NCBI GenBank assembly: GCA_963836205.1
Contig: CAWIIV010000008.1
Coordinates: 65,685 to 129,684 of the forward strand
Reading direction: 5' to 3'
Origin: an uncultured Acidimicrobiia bacterium
Lineage (GTDB): Bacteria > Actinomycetota > Acidimicrobiia > Acidimicrobiales > AC-14
DNA: 64,000 bases
A program made the translations under genes and the position numbers. A model generated the notes under the pieces. That model saw only the letters and a list, made by a program, of their open reading frames with translations. It had not been told where the DNA came from and ran no database searches. This document shows positions 9,307-18,970 of this stretch, one piece after another. Each line of letters opens with the position of its first letter. Position 1 is the stretch's first letter.

Positions 9307-9901
9307 AACGTCTGGCCCGGTCACCGCCGCTCCTTCGACCGACCACGTCGTCGAGGACGTTGCGGACCGTTTCGACACCGTCCTCGAAACACTGGAAGCG
9401 CTCGATGACCGGTCGACCGCCCGACTGGCGGCCGGGAAGCTCATCCTCGGCGAGCTCGGCGGGATCGAGACCGGTGTTCGCCAGATGGTCCGGCGGCGGC
9501 CGCTGGAGGTCGAGGAGGTTGCCGTCGGCGAACGGGTGCTGCGGGTGCCGACGCTCGCTGAGATCTTGAGGATCAAGGCCTGGCTGGTCGTCTGCAATCA
9601 GACCCGCGATTACCTCGACGCCGCTGCACTGTCGGACCGAATCGGCATCGGGCTCGCGGGTCGCATCCTCGCTCGTGTGGACGACTACTACGCCGAGGTG
9701 AACAGGCGACCGGAGACCGTCGCCACCCAGGTCGCCCGCCAGTTCGCCGACCCCGCGCCCAGGGACTCGTCGGTGACGCGGCGGCCCAGCTCCTACCAGC
9801 GCCTCGACGCCCGCTGGCACGACTGGGGCACCGTCGTGGAGACCTTGCGGGCCGTGGCGATGTCCATGATCGACACAGTCGACGGGGAGACCGAGCGATG
9901 A
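9307..9901 (+). CDS. Hypothetical protein, probably 5'-truncated or frameshifted (possible toxin-like partner of the downstream HTH gene)
   Basis: The frame is open from 9307 with no canonical start before the ATG at 9485, although the coding signal extends upstream (VTAAPSTDHVVEDVADRFDTVLETLEALDD...). The segment LRVPTLAEILRIKAWLVVCNQTRDYLDAAAL loosely recalls the C-terminal part of AbiEii-type nucleotidyltransferases (weak). ATGA overlap with the next gene. Confidence 0.35.
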
Positions 9902-10409
9902 GCATCTCCTTCCGCAACGTTGACGTCGACCAGAGCGCCCCCCTCGGCACCTGGCCGCCAGAAGCGATTGAGATCCTCGTCGACCGCGGCAACCTGTCGG
10001 ATTGGCGGCGGATTGCCGCCGCGCGCTGGCCGAGGACCCGTGGGGCCCGCTGGCCCGCACCGTCGAGGAGATCGTCGGGCTCGACAGCCACTACGGCGTC
10101 GACCGGCTCCTGGAGCGGGTCCTGCAGCAGGAACGTGAGCGGAAAACCCTTGCCGGTCGTCGCCGCTATGCCGAGCGACTCCGGAACCTGCGCCGGTCAG
10201 CAGGCTTGTCGATGCGCGAGCTGGCCGCCGCAGCAGGGACCTCCGCGGCGCGGATCTCCGACTACGAGAACGCACGGGTTGCACCGACCACCGACGTCCT
10301 CGCCCGGCTGGAGGGCGTGCTGGAACGCCTGAAGGCGGGCCCGAACGCGCAACCCTCGCCTCCGCAAGGCTCGCGCCGCGCCGGAGGCGGCGCGACACCA
10401 TCCGCGTGA
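9898..10409 (+). pseudogene. XRE-family (Cro/C1-type) HTH protein, frameshifted near 10018-10027
   Basis: N-terminal part MSISFRNVDVDQSAPLGTWPPEAIEILVDRGNLSDWRRIAAA (frame of 9898) continues in the 10002 frame as LAEDPWGPLARTVEEIV... The HTH reads LRNLRRSAGLSMRELAAAAGTSAARISDYENARVAPTTDVLARLEGVL. An extra 'cg' in gccgccgcgcgctgg breaks the frame. Confidence 0.55.
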
Positions 10410-10527
10410 GGCTCTCGCCCCCCGAGGTCATCCTCGCCGAGCTCTACGGCATCGAGTTCGACATGGGGGCGAGGCCAATGACGACTGCACGGGGGTCGTT
10501 CGCCCGTCGCCTCGCCGACCCGGTCGG

Positions 10528-11786
10528 CTACTCGGTCGCCCGGCCGAACACGAGGGCGACGTTGTGGCCGCCGAAGCCGAAGCTGTTCGACATCGCCACC
10601 GATATCGGCGCCCGCCGGGCCCCGCCCCGCACGTGGTCGAGGGCACAGTCGTCGGTCGGGGTCGTCGAGGTTCGCGGTCGGGGGCAGACAGTCCGGTGAG
10701 CAGGGCGTTGACGCACGCGATCGCCTCGATGGCGCCGGCCGCGCCGAGCAGATGGCCGGTCACCGACTTGGTCGACGACACCGGCACGTCGACACCGAGG
10801 ACGGCCCGGATGGCGAGCGCCTCGGTGCGGTCGTTGAGCTCGGTCGACGTGCCGTGGGCGTTGACGTACCCGACGTCGGCGGCCTCGATCCCGGCGTCGG
10901 CGATGGCCGACCGCATGGCGGCGATGGCGCCGCCGCCATCGGGCCGGGGCGCGGTGATGTGGTGGGCGTCACCGCTGGCGCCGACCCCGAGCACCTCGGC
11001 CAGGATCGTCGCGCCACGCGCCACCGCGTGATCGAGGTCCTCCAGCACCAGCGCGGCCGCCCCCTCACCGACGACGAACCCGTCGCGTCCCCGGTCGAAC
11101 GGCCGGGACGCCCGCTCGGGATCGTCGTTGCGCTGCGAGAGGGCCTGCATCTGGGCGAATCCGGCGATCCCGATCGGCGTCACGCTCGCCTCGGCCCCGC
11201 CCGCGACCACGATGTCGGCTCGCCCCCGCCGCACGGACTCCAGGGCGTCGCCGATGGCGTTGGCCGAGGCCGCGCACGCGGTCACGGTGCAGGAGATGGG
11301 GCCTCGGGCCCCGATGTCGATCGCGATCTGCGCCGCCGCCATGTTGGGGATCATCATGGGCAGCATGAACGGGCTCACCCGGCTCGGGCCCCGGGCGCCC
11401 ATCACCCGCACCCCCTCCTCGATTGTGGCCAGGCCGCCCAGTCCCGAGCCGAACACCACTCCGACCCGTTCCGGCTCCGCCCGGACGTCGAGCCCGCTGT
11501 CGGCGATGGCCTGGCGGGCGGCGACCACGGCCAGCTGCGCGAACCGGTCGAGGCGGCGGGCATCCTTCCGCCCAAAATGAATCTCCGGCTCGAACCCCTT
11601 GACCTCGGCCGCGATTCGCACCGCCAGCCCGCGGGCATCGAAGAGGGTGATCGGCCCGACTCCCGAACGGCCAGCGACCATCGCCGCCCAGGCCGACGCC
11701 ACGTCGGGCCCCAGCGGCGTGATCGCGCCCATGCCGGTCACGACCACCCGGCGGTCGGGCCGGGCCACACGGGCGGCACGGGTCAC
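10528..11786 (-). pseudogene. fabF: Beta-ketoacyl-ACP synthase II (FabF/KasA-like) with two closely spaced frameshifts near the 3' end
   Basis: RRVVVTGMGAITPLG, active-site Cys in [24 protein letters not shown] and [11 protein letters not shown]. After ...ACVNALLTG the conserved [11 protein letters not shown] is in a second frame. [39 protein letters not shown] is in a third frame (ORF 10528..10716). Confidence 0.8.
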
Positions 11787-11791
11787 CGGCG

Positions 11792-13402
11792 GTGATCCCC
11801 GACGCCGACCTCATGGGCCCGGTCACGCGTGAGCCGTGGCTGGGGGCGGAGGTGCTGAGTTACCCGAACCGGCCCCGGACGATCCTCGACGCGCTCGACC
11901 GGGCCGTGCGGCTGTTCCCCGACCGGACCTACCTGGTCGCGGTCGAAGGCACCGTCACCTACCGGGAGTTCGCCGAGCTGGTGGAGGGGGCATCCGAGCG
12001 GCTGGTCGAGGAAGGCCTGGGCGTCGGCGACCGGTTGGCGGTGGCGGCCCGCAACGGACTCGACCTGGCGGTGGCCCTGTGGGCCTGCGCCCGGACCGGC
12101 GTCGTGCTCGTCGGGCTGAACATCCGGCTGGCGCCGCCGCAGTGGGGCTACATGCTGGAGCACTCCGGCGCCACGCTGGCGCTGGCCCAGCCCGAGTTCC
12201 TCGCGTCGCTGCGGGAGGTGGCCGGAGGCACCAGCCTCCCCGGTCTGCCCGGCGACCGGGTCCGGCCCATCGGCGACCACCTCACGGGCCGGCGCCGGCC
12301 CTGGAGCTACGACCCGTCGCAGCGGCCCGACGAGTCGAGCACCTACGCGGTCGTCTACACCAGCGGCACGACCGGCCGACCCAAGGCCAGCCAGGTCGTG
12401 CACCGCTGCAGCATGCACAGCGGGATCACCTACAGCCGGGTCCTCCACCTCACCTCCGAGGACCGTTCCGCGGTGCTGTTCCCGCTGTATTACATCAGCG
12501 CCATGCACGCCCACCTCCTCCCGATCATGCTGGTGGGCGGGACGTGCGTGGTCGTGTCCTCGGTCACCCCGGCGGAGTTCGTGACGGTCCTGGCCGAGCA
12601 CGCCATCACCTGGGCCTACGCGGTGCCGTCGTTCTGGCTCATGCTGCTCCGGGTGCCCGAGTTCGGCTGGCCGGCCCTGGCCGACCTGACCGTGGGCGCC
12701 TTCGGCGGGGCGCCGTTCCCCCTGTCGGCCCTGCCCGAGCTCCGACGGCGGATGCCGCAGACCCGGTGGCACGACATCTACGGCCTCTCCGAGACCCACT
12801 CGCCGGCGACGATGCTCATGGACGAGGAGTTCCGCCGGAAGCCGGGCTCGGTGGGCCGGCCCCTGCCCTGCATGGAGGCGGAGGTGGTCGACGAGGTCGG
12901 GGCGCCGCTCGGTGCCGGCGAGGCCGGTGAGCTGTGGCTCCGGGGCTCGCTGGTGACGACCGGCTACTTCCAGGACCCCGAGGCGACGGCGGCGGCCATG
13001 GCCCCCGGGGGCTGGTTCCGTACGGGGGACATCGCCCGCATCGACACCGAGGGCTACGTCTACATCCTCGACCGCAAGAAGGACATGATCACCCGGGGAG
13101 GCAACAAGATCTTCTCGGCGGAGATCGAACAGCTCCTGCTGGCCCACCCCGACATCGTCGACGCGGCCGTGGTCGGCGTCCCCGACCCGCTCGCGTTCGA
13201 GGCGGTGGCGGCGTACGTCGTCGCTCGTCCCGACGCCGACATGAACGCGACGGTGGTGCAGCAGTGGGTCCGGACCGGCATGGCCGACTACGCCGCACCC
13301 CGATTCGTCCATCTGGTCGACGAGATCCCCCGCAACTCGATCGGCAAGGTCGACAAGCCCCACCTCCGGAAACTGGCGGCGGAAGCGGCCGCCCGACGCT
13401 GA
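11792..13402 (+). CDS. AMP-dependent acyl-CoA synthetase/ligase (FadD-like)
   Basis: 536-aa ORF with AMP-binding motifs YTSGTTGRPKA, YGLSET and GWFRTGDIARIDTEGYVYILDRKKDMI..GGNKI. The annotated start is only 5 nt from the divergent fabF start, so one of the two starts is probably internal. Confidence 0.85.
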   Translation: MIPDADLMGPVTREPWLGAEVLSYPNRPRTILDALDRAVRLFPDRTYLVAVEGTVTYREFAELVEGASERLVEEGLGVGDRLAVAARNGLDLAVALWACARTGVVLVGLNIRLAPPQWGYMLEHSGATLALAQPEFLASLREVAGGTSLPGLPGDRVRPIGDHLTGRRRPWSYDPSQRPDESSTYAVVYTSGTTGRPKASQVVHRCSMHSGITYSRVLHLTSEDRSAVLFPLYYISAMHAHLLPIMLVGGTCVVVSSVTPAEFVTVLAEHAITWAYAVPSFWLMLLRVPEFGWPALADLTVGAFGGAPFPLSALPELRRRMPQTRWHDIYGLSETHSPATMLMDEEFRRKPGSVGRPLPCMEAEVVDEVGAPLGAGEAGELWLRGSLVTTGYFQDPEATAAAMAPGGWFRTGDIARIDTEGYVYILDRKKDMITRGGNKIFSAEIEQLLLAHPDIVDAAVVGVPDPLAFEAVAAYVVARPDADMNATVVQQWVRTGMADYAAPRFVHLVDEIPRNSIGKVDKPHLRKLAAEAAARR

Positions 13403-13413
13403 CCGTCGATGCG

Positions 13414-14157
13414 TCACCGACCGGCGACGAGGGATGCGGCGGCCCCGCAACAGGCAGACGACGAAGTCCGGGGGTGGCGTTCGTCCAGCTCCACCAGCCG
13501 CATCCACCCGAGGACCCGGAGCAGGGGCCAGATCGGATCGAGGGGACCGGTGCGGGCGGCCGCTGGGTGGGCGTGGTGGGAGTTGTGGTAGCCGTGGCCG
13601 AGCAGAGGGATGGCGAGCCAGGCCAGGTCGTATCCGGGGACGTCGGGATGCGTCTGCCGACCGTAGAGGTGCCCGACCGCGTTGACCATCCCCATGACGC
13701 CCAGATAGAAGACGAGGTGCACGACGACCATGATCAGCAGCTGCACCGGTCCGAACACGACCCCGTAGAAGACGAACAGCAGGCCGCGGATGACAGGAAC
13801 CCTCCTCCGCGACGGTGTGCCGGGCTGCACCCGCTGCTTCGCCTGGAGGAACAGGTACGAGGAGCCGGCCAGGACCGTCAGCGGTCGGCGCTGCACGGGC
13901 GAATGAGGATCGAGCGGCGTGTCCGCGTAGCGGTGGTGGACCCGGTGCACGGCGGCCCACGTCTCGGGGTCGGTCATCACGATGACCCGGAAGTAGGTGT
14001 CGAAGAACGAAGCCAGGCGGGTATGCACGCCGAAGGCCCGGTGGGCCAGGCAGCGGTGGCAGTAGACCTCGGTGACGACGGCGGTGAGAAGAGCCGAGCA
14101 CAGGCCGATGACCACACCGATGGGCACACCGGCGATATCAGTATCCGCCCAGACCAT
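13414..14157 (-). CDS. Membrane fatty-acid (acyl-CoA delta-9-type) desaturase
   Basis: Three histidine boxes: HRCLAHR, HRVHHRYAD and HNSHHAHP, with hydrophobic segments between them. Confidence 0.8.
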   Translation of the reverse strand: MVWADTDIAGVPIGVVIGLCSALLTAVVTEVYCHRCLAHRAFGVHTRLASFFDTYFRVIVMTDPETWAAVHRVHHRYADTPLDPHSPVQRRPLTVLAGSSYLFLQAKQRVQPGTPSRRRVPVIRGLLFVFYGVVFGPVQLLIMVVVHLVFYLGVMGMVNAVGHLYGRQTHPDVPGYDLAWLAIPLLGHGYHNSHHAHPAAARTGPLDPIWPLLRVLGWMRLVELDERHPRTSSSACCGAAASLVAGR

Positions 14158-14161
14158 CGGG

Positions 14162-14914
14162 CTAGGCGGCCAGGACCGCGTCGAGCACGCTGGCCTTGAG
14201 CTGGACGAAGACGGGATCGGTGAGCGTGTGGCGGCCCCGATCCTCGCCGAAGGAGAGCTCGCGCTCGCTCACCACCCGGGCCGGCCGGGCCGAGAGCAGG
14301 CCCAGCCGGTCGCCGAGCAGGAGCGCCTCGTCGACGTCATGGGTGACGAGGACGGTGGTGGTGGGCCGTTCGACGAGCAGGCCCCGCACCCACTCGTGCA
14401 TGCGCAGGCGGGTCTGGGCGTCGAGGGCGCCGAAGGGTTCGTCGAGCAGGAGCACCGGCGGCTGGTTGGCGAGCACCTGGGCCAGCGACGCCCGCTGGCG
14501 CATGCCCCCGGAGAGCTGGCGGGGCAGGGCGTCGGCGAAGTCGGCCAGGCCGGTGACCTCCAGCAGGTCGGCGACGAGGCGGTCGACACCGTCGACCCCA
14601 CGGTCCCGCGGGCCGAAGCCGACGTTCTGCCGGACGGTGAGCCACGGGAAAAGGGTGCCGGCCTGGGCGACCATCCCCCGCAAGGGCGACGGACCCTCCA
14701 CCGGCCGGCCGTCGACGGTGACCGTCCCCGCGTCGAACGCCTCCAGGCCGGCGAGGATGCGCAGGAGGGTCGACTTCCCGCACCCGCTGGGCCCCAGGAG
14801 GGCCAGGGTCTGCCCGGCCGACACGTCGAGGTCGACACCGTCGAGGACCAGCAGGTCGCCGAACGACTTCGTCAGGCCGCGGGCGACGAGGAGGCCGGGA
14901 CCGTGATCGTTCAC
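14162..14914 (-). CDS. ABC transporter ATP-binding protein (nitrate/sulfonate/taurine NitT/TauT family)
   Basis: Walker A GPSGCGKST, signature LSGGMRQRASLA, Walker B LLLDEPFGALD. Confidence 0.9.
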   Translation of the reverse strand: MNDHGPGLLVARGLTKSFGDLLVLDGVDLDVSAGQTLALLGPSGCGKSTLLRILAGLEAFDAGTVTVDGRPVEGPSPLRGMVAQAGTLFPWLTVRQNVGFGPRDRGVDGVDRLVADLLEVTGLADFADALPRQLSGGMRQRASLAQVLANQPPVLLLDEPFGALDAQTRLRMHEWVRGLLVERPTTTVLVTHDVDEALLLGDRLGLLSARPARVVSERELSFGEDRGRHTLTDPVFVQLKASVLDAVLAA

Positions 14915-15810
14915 GCGTCGCTCCAGCGGATCAGGGGACGGGCCAGGAACCGCAGCAGGCGGTCACCGGCATAGCCGATGATGGCGAACAGGAACACGCC
15001 GACGATGATCTGCTCGGTGGCGCCCGCCTCGCGCGCCGAGATCATCATCGCCCCGATGCCCCGGCTCACCCCGAGCAGCTCGCCGACGATCACGCAGGTC
15101 CAGGCGAGCGTCAACGACAGGCGGAGGCCGGTGACGATCTCCGGGAGGGCGCTGGGCAGGTAGACCCGCCGCCACATCCGGGTCCGGGGGGTGCCCAGCA
15201 TGCGGGCGGTCTCGACGTGCGTCCTCGGCACCCGGGCCACGCTGTCGGTGGTGGCCACCACCACCGGCCACAGGGCACCGATGAAGATCAGGATGCGGGC
15301 CGGCGACTCGCCGATGCCGAAGAGGACGCCCGCCAGCGGCAGCCAAGCGAAGAGGGGCACCGCTCGCAGGCCGTTGGTGATCGGCTCCAGCAGGTCGGCC
15401 ACCCATCGCGACAGGCCGAGCCCGAGCCCCAGGACCAGGCCCACGACGACGGCCAAGGCCCAGGTCGCCACGCACCGTTCGACGCTGGCCGAGATGTGAA
15501 GCCAGGCGGCACCCTTGAAGGGCACGATCCCGGAGAGGGTGACGGAGTTGTGGCCGAAGAAGAACGCGTCGGCCGCGGTGAGGACCTGGCGTGGCGACGG
15601 GAGGATCGACCGCGGCTTCAGCTCGTAGTGCCAGGCCAACTGCCAGGCGACCAGAAGGAGTAGCGGCACCACCACGCCGAGGAGCGGCCGCGAGCGCCTC
15701 CGACCCGGTCGCGCCGTGGCGGGCGCGGTGACGACCCCGGAGGCGGCGGCCACCTGTGCGAGGGGCGTGTCGGTGACGGCCAGCCGCTCACCGTGGTCGG
15801 TCACCGCCAT
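14911..15810 (-). CDS. ABC transporter permease (NitT/TauT family, SsuC/TauC-like)
   Basis: ATGA overlap with the ATPase gene. Multi-pass membrane ORF with the binding-protein-dependent transport motif region (ETARMLGTPRTRMWRRVYLPSALPEI). Confidence 0.85.
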   Translation of the reverse strand: MAVTDHGERLAVTDTPLAQVAAASGVVTAPATARPGRRRSRPLLGVVVPLLLLVAWQLAWHYELKPRSILPSPRQVLTAADAFFFGHNSVTLSGIVPFKGAAWLHISASVERCVATWALAVVVGLVLGLGLGLSRWVADLLEPITNGLRAVPLFAWLPLAGVLFGIGESPARILIFIGALWPVVVATTDSVARVPRTHVETARMLGTPRTRMWRRVYLPSALPEIVTGLRLSLTLAWTCVIVGELLGVSRGIGAMMISAREAGATEQIIVGVFLFAIIGYAGDRLLRFLARPLIRWSDA

Positions 15811-15820
15811 CGGCCGAGGC

Positions 15821-16861
15821 TCACACCGTCCAGTACTGACGGGCGTAGAGCCCTTCGTAGTCGGGCTCGGCCGTCAGTTCGCCGCTGGCCACCAGGGCCT
15901 TGCCGACGCCGACGTATTGGTCCTGGCGGGCCTTGGTGAACTCCCACTGGGCGCCCACGTTTTCGAGCACGGCGACCGCCAGGTTCTGGTCGAATCCGAA
16001 CTGGGTGACGAGCAGGTCGTTCCAGACCGCGGGATCGTTCGTCCCGTTCGGGGTGAGGTGCTCGGCCGCGTCCTTCTGCATCTTGACGGCGACCCGGCAC
16101 AGCTCCTCGTCCTTCAGCACCGCCGACGAAGCCCACAATGCGGTGTTGAGATCGCCGAGGGGCGTGTCGAACACACCCGGCAACCGCACCCCGACACCGT
16201 TGACGACCGCTTGGGTGCACGGGGGCTCGCTGCCGATGAACGCGTCGACGTCGCCTCGGGTCAGGGCGGTCACGTGGTCGGCGTAGCCGAGGGGTACCCC
16301 TTCGAGGTCCTGGCCCAGCACGAGCCCCGCTTTCGCGAGCACCTGGTTGAGGACGAGCACCTGCGAGCCGGGCGGCGGGACGGCGATCTTCTTCCCCCGG
16401 AGGTCGTCGACGGTCGCCACCACGCCCGCCTTGCCGATGAGACCGAAGCCCTGGCGGGCCACCATGGAGACCGTCCGGCACGAGACACCCGACTTGGCCT
16501 GGGTGAGCATCGGCACGTAGGGGCTCATGAGGCCGAAGTCGAGCGTGCCCCCCTCGAGCGCCTGCAGGATCTCGGCGGTGGAGGTGACTGGCACCACCGT
16601 GACCGTGACGCCGGGAGGTGCGAACTTCTGCCAGTACAACATCGACGAGGCGTGGTTCTTGGCGTAGACGCACGTGCGGACGGTTGCGGTGCGGCCGTTG
16701 GCCAGGCCCGGGACAGTGCTTGCCACCCCCGGGACGGTCGTGGCCCCGGTGGTCTTGTCGGAGCTCGAACCGCAGGCCATGAGGGCACCGCTGGCGGCCG
16801 CCGCGGCCGCGAGACCGAGAAATCCCCGCCGGCTCAGCACGACGTCATCGAGGGATGCCAA
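15821..16861 (-). CDS. ABC transporter substrate-binding lipoprotein (SsuA/NMT1-like) with a Tat-type signal
   Basis: Start set at TTG (comp. 16859-16861) behind a GGAGA RBS; an alternative GTG lies about 30 nt downstream. Twin-arginine signal and lipobox: SRRGFLGLAAAAAASGALMAC. The rest of the 536-aa ORF upstream is unrelated sequence. Confidence 0.8.
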   Translation of the reverse strand: MASLDDVVLSRRGFLGLAAAAAASGALMACGSSSDKTTGATTVPGVASTVPGLANGRTATVRTCVYAKNHASSMLYWQKFAPPGVTVTVVPVTSTAEILQALEGGTLDFGLMSPYVPMLTQAKSGVSCRTVSMVARQGFGLIGKAGVVATVDDLRGKKIAVPPPGSQVLVLNQVLAKAGLVLGQDLEGVPLGYADHVTALTRGDVDAFIGSEPPCTQAVVNGVGVRLPGVFDTPLGDLNTALWASSAVLKDEELCRVAVKMQKDAAEHLTPNGTNDPAVWNDLLVTQFGFDQNLAVAVLENVGAQWEFTKARQDQYVGVGKALVASGELTAEPDYEGLYARQYWTV

Positions 16862-17229
16862 TGTGTCTCCGTTTCTCGCTCTGATCCACTGCCAGCGGGT
16901 GCCGAGGGCGGACACTACAACAATCAGGATTGATGTCGCCGGGCGGCGAGGTCGACATCGGACCGAGGAGCATGGCCCAGCCGTCCGCCGTCGTCGTGGA
17001 GCAGGCGAGGGGTCACCTCTGGGTCCGACAGCACGCGTCCGGGCCGGCCTGTATCCAGTCAGTCGCCATTGCCCTCCGGCCACATGAGAATGCACGGACC
17101 GCCGGCGCTCGCCTCGTCCGACCGGGCAGGCCGCCGAGCTCCCTCGGCGTCGACGTGGGGAGCTTCGACCAAGGCCGATCGCTCGAGGTCCAGTCGGCCA
17201 AATGGGGTAAGGCCGGTGTCGCCCCGGCC

Positions 17230-17561
17230 CTACCCCATAACTCGGTCGCCAATTCTCCGCGGGCCCGCAACTTCGTCGGGCAGCTGGACGGCGCGACCAG
17301 GTTCCCACCACCAGGCGGTCGGCCACGGGGCCAAGACCGAATGGACCACTCGTGTACCACTTGCCACCTGAGGTGGCGGCGCCGTTGAACACCCAGTAGC
17401 TGAAGGTGCCGTCGGTGTTCTGGGCGGCCATGACGACGTCGTCCTTGCCGTCGCCGTGTAAGTCGAGGGCCCACGACGACTTTGAGGGTGACGCGAAGGC
17501 CGGCCGGCCGCACGGCCCCAGTGTTCGACAGGTCTGGCGCAGCCGGGTTCGTATGGGTCAT
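17230..17561 (-). pseudogene. Remnant of an FG-GAP/VCBS-repeat protein, frameshifted and truncated
   Basis: MTHTNPAAPDLSNTGAVRPAGLRVTLKVVVG in one frame continues as LDLHGDGKDDVVMAAQNTDGTFSYWVFNGAATSGGKWYTSGPFGLGPVADRLVVGT in another. No further repeat units follow. Confidence 0.4.
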
Positions 17562-17642
17562 GCGGATCAGGAGTCACGCCAGTACCGTGCGAGTCATGGC
17601 GGGCGACGGGCTGACGGCCGAGCGATGCGAGGAGTCGCTTTT

Positions 17643-18877
17643 GTGACCACGACCGAGTCCTGTCCGATTGCATCCATCGGCGAGCGCTTCAACCCCCTCT
17701 CCGAGGAGCAGCTCGAAGATCCCTACTCGTTCTACGCTGAGGCCCGGCGCGAGGAGCCGGTGTTCTACAGCCCGGCGTTTCACATGTGGGTCGTCACCCG
17801 CTACTCCGATGCACGGGCCGTCCTGGGCAACCCGACGGTCTTCTCGTCCCGGAAGACGATCGATCATCGTCGAGATCGCGGATGCGGCCTACGCCGTCCT
17901 GGCCGGCGGTCCGCCGGTGGTCCCGGTCCTGGTCAATTCAGATCCTCCCGACCACGGCCGGTTTCGCAGGGTGTTGAATCGGGCGTTCTCGCCGCCCCGC
18001 ATGCGCCTCCTCGAGTCGGGGGTACGCGAGATCACCAACGCCCACGTCGACGCCATGGAACCGCTCGGTCGGGCCGACGTCATGCAGGCGCTCGCCTTCC
18101 CGATTCCGGTCCACGTCATTGCCCGCCTGCTCGGCGTTGGCGACGAACACGCCGAACAGCTGGGACGGTGGGGCCGAAGCCTGATCACGCTCATCTCGTC
18201 GTCCTTGGACACGGAGCAGCAGGTGGCTGCGGCGTCCGACGTGGTGAACCTCCAGCGGTTCATGGCCGACCTGGTGATGCGGAAGCGAGCCGAGCCAGGG
18301 GACGACATCACCACCCAGATGCTCGCGGCCGGAGCGGAGACGTTCACCGAGGACGAGGTGGTCTACCAGCTGAGCGGCACGCTCATCGCCGGTCACGAAA
18401 CGACCACCTACATGATCGGCAATGCCCTCCACCTCCTCCTTCGCCAGCCGGAGCACTGGCAGGCCGTGCTGGCCGATCGACGCTCATCCCTGACGCGGTC
18501 GAGGAAACGCTGCGCGCCGACACCTCCGTACCCGCCTTCATCAGGACGGCCACGGAGGACACCGAGCTGGCCGGCAGGAACATCGCCATGGGCGAGAACG
18601 TCCTGGTGGTGTTCGCCTCGGCGAACCACGACGAGGACCACTTCCACGATCCCGGGTCCTTCGATCTGCATCGCACGGGAAAGGTGGGCCACATGGGCTT
18701 CGGCCACGGCATCCACTCATGCGTCGGGGCGGGACTGGCGCGGCTGGAGGTCGTGTGATCCTCGAAACCCTCGCCTCCCGGCTGCCGAACCTCCGGCTGG
18801 TACCTGACCAACCGCTGCGCCACTTCCCGCAACTCATCTTCCGCGGCCTCGAGAGGCTCGACGTCGCCTGGGACTGA
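17643..18877 (+). pseudogene. Cytochrome P450 with three frameshifts (~17865, ~18479, ~18755)
   Basis: N-terminus: VTTTESCPIASIGERFNPLSEEQLEDPYSFYAEARREEPVFYSP. Middle, in a second frame: NSDPPDHGRFRRVLNRAF...LIAGHETTT. The EETLR motif and heme loop FGHGIHSCVGAGLAR are back in the first frame. Tail, in a third frame: VILETLASRLPNLRLVPDQPL...LDVAWD*. Confidence 0.8.
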
Positions 18878-18917
18878 CCGGCGGCCACGGGCGCGCAGAA
18901 TGCTCTGGACATTTTCG

Positions 18918-18960
18918 CTGAACGTCGCTAACTTAGTCCCAGTAGGTTACTGACGTTCAG
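18918..18960. promoter_or_regulatory. 9-bp perfect inverted repeat CTGAACGTC-N25-GACGTTCAG immediately upstream of the mmpL RBS; candidate TetR operator or 5'-UTR hairpin
   Basis: Read from the sequence. The spacer contains a second partial palindrome (TAACTTAGTCCCAGTAGGTTA). The right arm abuts the GGGAGG RBS of the ATG at 18971. Confidence 0.4.
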
Positions 18961-18970
18961 GGAGGCCGGC

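Noticed and set aside
15821-17431. A single 536-aa protein as listed in the ORF track.
   Set aside because: - Only the C-terminal 346 aa (from the Tat signal and lipobox) are SBP-like.
- The middle is Arg/Pro-rich non-coding-like sequence.
- The extreme N-terminus belongs to a separate FG-GAP repeat remnant.
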